From Eledone cirrhosa (taxonomy: Eukaryota), in assembly GCA_964016885.1 (NCBI GenBank), contig OZ024745.1, positions 32,736,001 to 32,800,000 on the forward strand: a DNA stretch of 64,000 nt, read 5' to 3'. A model generated the notes under the pieces. It searched no databases, was not told the DNA's origin, and saw nothing but the letters and a program-made list of their open reading frames with translations. Positions within the stretch are counted from its first letter, which is position 1, and every line of letters begins with the position of its first letter. Of this stretch, positions 42,497-51,800 are shown piece after piece. The translations under genes were made by a program, and so were the position numbers.

Positions 42497-45400
42497 CATC
42501 AGAAGAACAAAGATAGCCACAGTACTAAATACCATCAGAAGAACAAAGATAGCCACAGTACTAAATACCATCAGAACAACAAAGATAGCCACAGTACTAA
42601 ATACCATCAGAAGAACAAAGATAGCCACAGTACTAAATACCATCAGAGGAACAAAGATAGCCCCAGTACTAAATACCATCAGAGGAACAAAGATAGCCAC
42701 AGTACTAAATACCATCAGAGGAACAAAGATAGCCCCTGTACTAAATACCATCAGAGGAACAAAGATAACCCCAGTACTAAATACCATCAGAGGAACAAAG
42801 ATAGCCACAGTACTAAATACCATCAGAGGAACAAAGATAGCCACAGTACTAAATACCATCAGAAGAACAAAGATAGCCACTGTACTAAATACCATCAGAG
42901 GAACAAAGATAGCCACAGTACTAAATACCATCAGAAGAACAAAGATAGCCACAGTACTAAATACCATCAGAAGAACAAAGATAGCCACAGTACTAAATAC
43001 CATCAGAAGAACAAAGATAGCCACAGTACTAAATACCATTGGGGGAACAAAGATAGCCACTGTACTAAATACCATCAGAGGAACAAAGATAGCCACAGTA
43101 CTAAATACCATCAGAAGAACAAAGATAGCCACAGTACTAAATACCATCAGAAGAACAAAGATAGCCACAGTACTAAATACCATCAAAAGAACAAAGATAG
43201 CCACAGTACTAAATACCATCAGAGGAATAAAGATAGCCACAGTACTAAATACCATCAGAAGAACAAAGATAGCCACAGTGCTAAATACCATCAGAAGAAC
43301 AAAGATAGCCACAGTACTAAATACCATCAGAAGAACAAAGATAGCCACAGTACTAAATACCATCAGAAGAACAAAGATAGCCACAGTACTAAATACCATC
43401 AGAAGAACAAAGATAGCCACAGTACTAAATACCATCAGAGGAACAAAGATAGCCACAGTACTAAATACCATCAGAAGAACAAAGATAGCCACAGTACTAA
43501 ATACCATCAGAAGAACAAAGATAGCCACAGTACTAAATACCATCAGAAGAACAAAGATAGCCACAGTACTAAATACCATCAGAAGAACAAAGATAGCCAC
43601 AGTACTAAATACCATCAGAGGAACAAAGATAGCGCCAGTACTAAATACCATCAGAGGAACAAAGATAGCCACAGTACTAAATACCATCAGAGGAACAAAG
43701 ATAGCCCCTGTACTAAATACCATCAGAGGAACAAAGATAACCCCAGTACTAAATACCATCAGAAGAACAAAGATAGCCACAGTACTAAATACCATCAGAG
43801 GAACAAAGATAGCCACAGTACTAAATACCATCAGAAGAACAAAGATAGCCACTGTACTAAATACCATCAGAGGAACAAAGATAGCCACAGTACTAAATAC
43901 CATCAGAAGAAGAAAGATAGCCACAGTACTAAATACCATCAGAGGAACAAAGATAGCCCCAGTACTAAATACCATCAAAAGAACAAAGATAGCCACAGTA
44001 CTAAATACCATCAGAGGAACAAAGATAGCCACAGTACTAAATACCATCAAAAGAACAAAGATAGCCACAGTACTAAATACCATCAGAAGAACAAAGATAG
44101 CCACAGTACTAAATACCATCAGAAGAACAAAGATAGCCACAGTACTAAATACCATCGGGGGAACAAAGATAGCCACTGTACTAAATACCATCAGAGGAAC
44201 AAAGATAGCCACAGTACTAAATACCATCAGAAGAACAAAGATAGCCACAGTACTAAATACCATCAGAAGAACAAAGATAGCCACAGTACTAAATACCATC
44301 AAAAGAACAAAGATAGCCACAGTACTAAATACCATCAGAGGAATAAAGATAGCCACAGTACTAAATACCATCAGAAGAACAAAGATAGCCACAGTGCTAA
44401 ATACCATCTGAAGAACAAAGATAGCCACAGTACTAAATACCATCAGAAGAACAAAGATAGCCACAGTACTAAATACCATCAGAAGAACAAAGATAGCCAC
44501 AGTACTAAATACCATCAGAAGAACAAAGATAGCCACAGTACTAAATACCATCAGAGGAACAAAGATAGCCACAGTACTAAATACCATCAGAAGAACAAAG
44601 ATAGCCACAGTACTAAATACCATCAGAAGAACAAAGATAGCCACAGTACTAAATACCATCAGAAGAACAAAGATAGCCACAGTACTAAATACCATCAGAA
44701 GAACAAAGATAGCCACAGTACTAAATACCATCAGAAGAACAAAGATAGCCACAGTACTAAATACCATCAGAAGAACAAAGATAGCCACAGTACTAAATAC
44801 CATCAGAAGAACAAAGATAGCCACAGTACTAAATACCATCAGAAGAACAAAGATAGCCACAGTACTAAATACAATCAGAAGAACAAAGATAGCCACAGTA
44901 CTAAATACCATCAGGGGAACAAAGATAGCCACATTACTAAATACCATCAGGGGAACAAAGATTGCCACAGTACTAAATACCATCAGAAGAACAAAGATAG
45001 CCGCAGTACTAAATACCATCAGGGGTACAAAGATAGCCACAGTACTAAATACCATCAGAAGAACAAAGATAGCCACAGTACTAAATACCATCAGAAGAAC
45101 AAAGACAGTCACAGTACTAAATACCATCAGAGGAACAAAGGTAGCCACAGTACTAAATACCATCAGAAGAACAAAGACAGTCACAGTACTAAATACCATC
45201 AGAAGAACAAAGGTAGCCACAGTACTAAATACCATCAGAAGAACAAAGATAGCCACAGTACTAAATACCATCAGAAGAACAAAGATAGCCACGGTACTAA
45301 ATACCATCAAAAGAACAAAGATAGCCATTGTACTAAATACCATCAGAGGAATAAAGATAGCCACAGTACTAAATACCATCAGAAGAACAAAGATAGCCAC

Positions 45401-46812
45401 AGTACTAAATACCATCAGAAGAACAAAGATAGCCACTGTACTAAATACCATCAGAAGAACAAAGATAGCCACAGTACTAAATACCATCATAAGAACAAAG
45501 ATAGTCACAGTACTAAATACCATCAGAGGAACAAAGATAGCCACAACACTAAATACCATCAGAAGAACAAAGATAGTCACAGTACTAAATACCACCAGAG
45601 GAACAAAGAAAGCCACAATACTAAATACCATCAGAAGAACAAAGATAGCCACAGTACTAAATACCATCGGGGGAACAAAGATAGCCACAGTACTAAATAC
45701 CATCGAGGGAACAAAGATAGCCACAGTACTAAATACCATCAGAGGAACAAAGATAGCCACAGTACTAAATACCATCAGAAGAACAAAGATAGCCACAGTA
45801 CTAAATACCATCAGAAGAACAAAGATAGCCACAGTACTAAATACCATCAGAAGAACAAAGATAGCCACAGTACTAAATACCATCAGAAGAACAAAGATAG
45901 CCACAGTACTAAATACCATCAGAAGAACAAAGATAGCCACAGTACTAAATACCATCAGAAGAACAAAGATAGCCACAGTACTAAATAGCATCAGAAGAAC
46001 AAAGATAGCCACAGTACTAAATACCATCAGAAGAACAAAGAGAGCCACAGTACTAAATACCATGAGAAGAACAAAGATAGCCACAGTACTAAATACCATC
46101 AGAAGAACAAAGATAGCCACAGTACTAAATACCATCAGAAGAACAAAGATAGCCACAGTACTAAATACCATCAGAAGAACAAAGATAGCCACAGTACTAA
46201 ATACCATCAGAAGAACAAAGATAGCCACAGTACTAAATACCATCAGAAGAACAAAGATAGCCACAGTACTAAATACCATCAGAAGAACAAAGATAGCCAC
46301 AGTACTAAATACCATCAGAAGAACAAAGATAGCCACAGTACTAAATACGATCAGAAGAACAAAGATAGCCACAGTACTAAATACCATCAGAAGAACAAAG
46401 ATAGCCACAGTACTAAATACCATCAGAAGAACAAAGATAGCCACAGTACTAAATACCATCAGAAGAACAAAGATAGCCACAGTACTAAATACCATCAGAA
46501 GAACAAAGATAGCCACAGTACTAAATACCATCAGGGGAACAAAGATAGCCACAGTACTAAATACCATCAGGGGAACAAAGATAGCCACTGTACTAAATAC
46601 CATCAGAAGAACAAAGATAGCCACCGTACTAAATACCATCAGAAGAACAAAGATAGCCACAGTACTAAATACCATCAGAGGAACAAAGATAGCCACAGTA
46701 CTAAATACCATCAGAAGAACAAAGATAGCCACAGTACTAAATACCATCAGGGGAACAAAGATAGCCACAGTACTAAATACCATCAGGGGAACAAAGTTAG
46801 CCACTGTACTAA

Positions 46813-46816
46813 ATAC
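46813..46816 (+). other. Left target-site duplication ATAC
   Basis: Seen: ATAC at 46813-46816 and again at 48847-48850; the empty paralogous site at 52016-52019 has a single ATAC. Confidence 0.92.
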
Positions 46817-46852
46817 TGTAGCGGTTGTCTCCCTTGTTTTGATTGGGATCTA

Positions 46853-46938
46853 GGCGGGAGGTGGAACCCTTTCTGCAACTTCCGGTCGGAGCCCTATAAA
46901 ACTGGCGGCTTTGAGCTTCCTCTCTCTCTTTGCCTTTT
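46853..46938 (+). promoter_or_regulatory. LTR Pol II promoter: GC box, ETS site, TATA box, pyrimidine-rich start region
   Basis: Seen: GGCGGG at 46853, ACTTCCGGT (reverse complement ACCGGAAGT, ETS consensus) at 46878-46886, TATAAAA at 46895-46901, and a CT-rich tract at 46916-46938. Identical in the 3' LTR (+1664). Activity is inferred. Confidence 0.65.
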
Positions 46939-46991
46939 CGGCACCAGGTCAAGAGTCTTCTCATTTGGCTCTGCCATTAATTTGGCCAACA

Positions 46992-47015
46992 GGCGCCTGG
47001 CTAAGGCCAGGCGCC
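46992..47015 (+). other. GC-rich hairpin in the LTR (10-bp stem, TAAG loop); second copy at 48656-48679
   Basis: Seen: GGCGCCTGGC-TAAG-GCCAGGCGCC is a perfect inverted repeat. Confidence 0.8.
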
Positions 47016-47183
47016 CTCTGCCAGTCGCATTTGCCTGGCAATCAAAACGGTAACTACTAACTTTGTTTCATTCTAACATCTATCTTTGACATGTCAGGTA
47101 TACTATCTACCGTTAATTAAATATTATACACACAAACATTGTCTCGTTTTGTTACATTCATATAACCAGTAATCCCGCTATAT

Positions 47184-47215
47184 TGGTGACCCTGACGTGA
47201 TACGAACACGCAGCC
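47184..47215 (+). promoter_or_regulatory. Primer-binding site complementary to tRNA-Trp(CCA), extended to 32 nt
   Basis: Seen: TGGTGACCCTGACGTGATACGAACACGCAGCC begins 1 nt after the 5' LTR. Known: the canonical Trp PBS (e.g. ASLV) is TGGTGACCCCGACGTGAT, a 17/18 match. The extension is compared with a vertebrate tRNA-Trp sequence recalled from memory. Confidence 0.92.
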
Positions 47216-47398
47216 GTTCATCGCTATAAGTGGTCACCCCCCAAAAAAGAAAAAAATAGCACATCTGGTTTTGTGAGTAACATTACGAATACACAGCAAA
47301 TTTAGCGACAAACTATGAAAATACTCAAGGACACGCACACACGCACATGTGGAATTCGCACAGACATACTTTTTCTCTCACGCATCAATTAACTGTCG

Positions 47399-47544
47399 CA
47401 TTTCACCAATATATATATGTTTCTCGTTTCTTACAACGAACACTTTCAAAACAAAAAAAAAAAAAAAACATTTCACGATATATATATATATATGTTTCTC
47501 GTTTCTTACAACGAACTCTTTCAAAACACAAAAAAAAAAAAAAA
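47399..47544 (+). repeat. Two-copy tandem repeat (70 and 76 bp) inside the element
   Basis: Seen: CATTTCAC..(AT)n GTTTCTCGTTTCTTACAACGAAC.CTTTCAAAAC(A)n at 47399-47468 and 47469-47544, followed by T23 at 47552-47574. Confidence 0.9.
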
Positions 47545-47599
47545 GTTCTAGTTTTTTTTTTTTTTTTTTTTTTTCCAAAAGTTCACACCTATAATTATG

Positions 47600-47960
47600 C
47601 TGATTGAAGCCTTTCTTTTTCATCATTGTCACTTTCAAAATTGCACTATCATTTTCTCGCGCGTTAGAAATATTTTTTTTCAACCTTGTATTGGCACGTG
47701 TAGGCAGCATAAATTCTCGATTCACTGAGATGTCTTTACTCACAGACAGCCGCACGCCATTTATCACCAGGGATTCTTCAGCCTTAAGCTATATTCTTCT
47801 ATTTGCCGGTTTATAAATTTACAATGTAAATTTACCGTTGATAACCGCGCATTTATTAAGAATGCTTATTTCTCTGGTCGCTGGCCTCTTGACCCTTCCA
47901 GGTCAACGCATTCTCAACATCGACCATCAACTTCGGCTGCTATTTCTAGCACTTTGCGCA
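47600..47960 (-). pseudogene. Possible degenerate LINE ORF1-like fragment, antisense within the LTR element
   Basis: Inference: minus-strand peptides from different frames (DVENA..G, AVINGKFT, NRRI*LKAEESLVINGVRLSVSKDIS, NAREN) loosely follow the motif order of LINE ORF1 RRM/C-terminal regions. Eyeball similarity only, with stops and frameshifts. Confidence 0.2.
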
Positions 47961-48029
47961 ACTCATTTTTTTCTAAAAAAAAATTTTTTTACTGTGAATT
48001 TAAACACCGAATACGCTCACTCAGCGAGA

Positions 48030-48068
48030 CAACAGCAGCAGCAACAGCAATATAACAGCAACAGCAAT
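48030..48068 (+). repeat. Degenerate (CAG/CAA)n microsatellite
   Basis: Seen: CAACAGCAGCAGCAACAGCAATATAACAGCAACAGCAAT. Confidence 0.7.
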
Positions 48069-48468
48069 ACATCAATACAGCTTCACCAAAGCCAGAGAAT
48101 TTATTTTTGCAGCACTCTTCCTGTGAGAAAATCCATTCGGAGGTTGGAAATTTCACGATATACCACAGAACAGAAACCACCTGCATTCATTCTCTGGAAC
48201 ACACTTTCTTTCCAGCTGTCATGTGATTGCACACCTGTGAACTATATTTTGAACTTTGAGCTCTTCTATTACTTTTACTTTATTACATTGTATCTTTGGG
48301 TGATGGATAGATGGATGTCCAGTCGTTCTCTGGCCAAGAGCGGTTGGCTACCTTGATATCTATCATTGATTTTTCCAAACATTCTTTTGTCGTAATTTTC
48401 ATGCCTGTTACAACATTCTCGCCAACTTGCTGCATATTTTCATTTCGATTTTTATACACTAAAATTCT

Positions 48469-48480
48469 GGCGGGAGGTTA
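48469..48480 (+). promoter_or_regulatory. Polypurine tract (PPT) region
   Basis: Seen: GGCGGGAGG-TTA immediately before the TG of the 3' LTR, the expected PPT position; short and imperfect. Confidence 0.75.
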
Positions 48481-48846
48481 TGTAGCGGTTGTCTCCCTTG
48501 TTTTGATTGGGATCTAGGCGGGAGGTGGAACCCTTTCTGCAACTTCCGGTCGGAGCCCTATAAAACTGGCGGCTTTGAGCTTCCTCTCTCTCTTTGCCTT
48601 TTCGGCACCAGGTCAAGAGTCTTCTCATTTGGCTCTGCCATTAATTTGGCCAACAGGCGCCTGGCTAAGGCCAGGCGCCCTCTGCCAGCCGCGTTTGCCT
48701 GGCAATCAAAACGGTAACTGCTAACTTTGTTTCATTCTAACATCTATCTTTGACATGTCAAGTATTCTATCTACCGTTAATTAAATATTATATACACAAA
48801 CATTGTCTCGTTTTGTTACATTCATGCAACCAGTAATCCCGCTACA
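48481..48846 (+). repeat. 3' LTR (366 bp)
   Basis: Seen: starts TGTAGCGGTT and ends AATCCCGCTACA with the canonical CA intact. Confidence 0.96.
48780..48817 (+). terminator. LTR polyadenylation signal (ATTAAA), CA cleavage region and downstream GU-rich element
   Basis: Seen: ATTAAA at 48780-48785, then ACACAAACA and TTGTCTCGTTTTGTT; the counterpart in the 5' LTR is at 47116-47121. Confidence 0.6.
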
Positions 48847-48850
48847 ATAC
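48847..48850 (+). other. Right target-site duplication ATAC
   Basis: Seen: ...CCGCTACA-ATAC-CATCAG. Confidence 0.92.
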
Positions 48851-51800
48851 CATCAGAAGAACAAAGATAACCACAGTACTAAATACCATCAGAAGAACAA
48901 AGATAGCCACAGTACTAAATACCATCAGAAGAACAAAGATAGCCACAGTACTAAATACCATCAGAGGAACAAAGATAGCCACAGTACTAAATACCATCAG
49001 AAGAACAAAGATAGCCACTGTGCTAAATACCATCAGAGGAACAAAGATAGCCACAGTACTAAATACCATCAGAAGAACAAAGATAGCCACAGTACTAAAT
49101 ACCATCAGAAGAACAAAGATAGCCACAGTACTAAATACCATCAGAAGAACAAAGATAGCCACAGTACTAAATTCCATCAGAAGAACAAAGATAGCCACAG
49201 TACTAAATACCATCAGAAGAACAAAGATAGCCACAGTACTATATACCATCAGAAGAACAAAGATAGCCATTGTACTAAATACCATCAGAGGAACAAAGAT
49301 AGCCACAGTACTAAATACCATCAGAAGAACAAAGATAGCCACAGTACTAAATACCATCAGAAGAACAAAGATAGCCACTGTACTAAATACCATCAGAGGA
49401 ACAAAGATAGCCACAGTACTAAATACCATCAGAAGAACAAAGATAGCCACAGTACTAAATACCATCAGAAGAACAAAGATAGCCACAGTACTAAATACCA
49501 TCAGAAGAACAAAGATAGCCACAGTACTAAATACCATCAGAAGAACAAAGATAGCCACAGTACTAAATACCACCAGGGGAACAAAGATAGCCACAGTACT
49601 AAATACCATCAGAACAACAAAGATAGCCACAGTACTAAATACCATCAGAAGAACAAAGATAGCCACAGTACTAAATACCATCAGGGGAACAAAGATAACC
49701 ACAGTACTAAATACCATCAGAGGAACAAAGATAACCACAGTACTAAATACCATCAGGGGAACAAAGATAACCACAGTACTAAATACCATAAGAGGAACAA
49801 AGATAGCCACAGTACTAAATACCATCAGGGGAACAAAGATAACCACAGTACTAAATACCATCAGAGGAACAAAGATAACCACAGTACTAAATACCATCAG
49901 GGGAACAAAGATAGCCACAGTACTAAATACCATCAGAAGAACAAAGATAGCCACAGTACTAAATACCATCAGGGGTACAAAGATAGCCACACTACTAAAT
50001 ACCATCAGAAGAACAAAGATAGCCACAGTACTAAATACCATCAGAAGAACAAAGACAGTCACAGTACTAAATACCATCAGGGAAACAGAGGTAGCCACAG
50101 TACTAAATACCATCAGAAGAACAAAGATAGCCACAGTACTAAATACCATGAGAAGAACAAAGACAGTCACAGTACTAAATACCATCAGAGGAACAAAGGT
50201 AGCCACAGTACTAAATACCATCAGAAGAACAAAGACAGTCACAGTACTAAATACCATCAGAAGAACAAAGGTAGCCACAGTACTAAATACCATCAGAAGA
50301 ACAAAGATAGCCACAGTACTAAATACCATCAGAAGAACAAAGACAGTCACAGTACTAAATACCATCAGAAGAACAAAGATAGCCACAGTACTAAATACCA
50401 TCAGAAGAACAAAGACAGTCACGGTACTAAATACCATCAGAAGAACAAAGATAGCCACAGTACTAAATACCATCAGAAGAACAAAGATAGCCACAGTACT
50501 AAATACCATCAGAAAGAACAAAGATAGCCACAGTACTAAATACCATCAGAAGAACAAAGATAGCCACAGTACAAAATACCATCAGAAGAACAAAGATAGC
50601 CACAGTCCTAAATACTATCAGGAGAACAAAGATAGCCACAGTACTAAATACCATCAGAGGAACAAAGATGGCCACAGTACTAAATACCATCCGAAGAACA
50701 AAGATAGCCACAGTACTAAATACTATCAAAAGAACAAAGATAGCCACAGTACTACATACCATCAGAAGAACAAAGATAGCCACAGTACTAAATACCATCA
50801 GAAGAACAAAGATAGCCACAGTACTAAATACCATCAGAAGAACAAAGATAGCCACAGTACTAAATACCACCAGGGGAACAAAGATAACCACAGTACTAAA
50901 TACCATCAGAGGAACAAAGATAACCACAGTACTAAATACCATCAGGGGAACAAAGATAACCACAGTACTAAATACCATCAGGGGAACAAAGATAGCCACA
51001 GTACTAAATACCATCAGAAGAACAAAGATAGCCACAGTACTAAATACCATCAGGGGTACAAAGATAGCCACAGTACTAAATACCATCAGAAGAACAAAGA
51101 TAGCCACAGTACTAAATACCATCAGTAGAACAAAGACAGTCACAGTACTAAATACCATCAGGGGAACAAAGGTAGCCACAGTACTAAATACCATCAGAAG
51201 AACAAAGATAGCCACAGTACTAAATACCATCAGAAGAACAAAGACAGTCACAGTACTAAATACCATCAGAGGAACAAAGGTAGCCACAGTACTAAATACC
51301 ATCAGAAGAACAAAGACAGTCACAGTACTAAATACCATCAGAAGAACAAAGGTAGCCACAGTTCTAAATACCATCAGAAGAACAAAGATAGCCACAGTAC
51401 TAAATACCATCAGAAGAACAAAGACAGTCACAGTACTAAATACCATCAGAAGAACAAAGATAGCCACAGTACTAAATACCATCAGAAGAACAAAGATAGC
51501 CACAGTACTAAATACCATCAGAAGAACAAAGATAGCCACAGTACTAAATACGATCAGAAGAACAAAGATAGCCACAGTACTAAATACCATCAGAAGAACA
51601 AAGATAGCCACAGTACTAAATACCATCAGAAGAACAAAGATAGCCACAGTACTAAATACCATCAGAAGAACAAAGATAGCCACAGTACTAAATACCATCA
51701 GAAGAACAAAGATAGCCACAGTACTAAATACCATCAGGGGAACAAAGATAGCCACAGTACTAAATACCATCAGGGGAACAAAGATAGCCACTGTACTAAA

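Larger units (their letters stand above)
1..46816. repeat. 36-bp tandem satellite array, left part (runs off the window start)
   Basis: Seen: continuous head-to-tail copies of AAATACCATCAGAAGAACAAAGATAGCCACAGTACT (18 A, 8 C, 5 G, 5 T; one AGTACT/ScaI site per unit; no CpG in the consensus). About 1300 units by length/36, with point variants, rare indels and nine short local inversions. Confidence 0.99.
46817..47182 (+). repeat. 5' LTR (366 bp)
   Basis: Seen: starts TGTAGCGGTT and ends AATCCCGCTATA (terminal CA changed to TA); 357/366 identical to 48481-48846 by manual comparison. Confidence 0.96.
46817..48846 (+). mobile_element. Non-autonomous LTR retrotransposon (TRIM/LARD-like, 2030 bp), probably Ty3/Gypsy CsRn1-like
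   Basis: Seen: two 366-bp direct repeats, TG...CA outer ends with 8-bp inverted termini TGTAGCGG/CCGCTACA, 4-bp TSD, PBS after the 5' LTR, purine tract before the 3' LTR, and a 1298-bp interior with no gag/pol motifs. The lineage call is an inference from the tRNA-Trp PBS plus 4-bp TSD, which I recall as CsRn1-clade traits. Confidence 0.95.

Noticed and set aside
31835-46804. 4989-aa minus-strand ORF (MVFSTVAIFVLL)n and the other minus-strand ORFs as giant membrane proteins
   Set aside because: 36 is a multiple of 3, and none of the 12 consensus codons in this frame is one substitution from a stop, so it stays open passively. The ORFs end only at indels, have no unique domains, and the array is broken by an LTR element.
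46853-46862. PPT-like GGCGGGAGGT repeated inside each LTR
   Set aside because: It is only 10 bp and doubles as a GC box; there is no evidence for a second plus-strand priming site.
47184-47215. tRNA-Trp gene or tRNA-derived SINE on the minus strand
   Set aside because: Only the 3' 32 nt including the post-transcriptional CCA are present, at the exact PBS position; there is no D-arm or anticodon arm.
47347-48517. Short ORFs inside the LTR element as gag, pol or accessory genes
   Set aside because: They are low-complexity translations of homopolymer and microsatellite tracts, with no zinc knuckle, protease, RT (YxDD), RNase H or integrase motifs.
46812-48850. 5-bp TSD (AATAC) alternative
   Set aside because: It would require the element to end in ...CTAC, breaking the canonical CA terminus and the 8-bp terminal inverted repeat; the 4-bp ATAC fits better.
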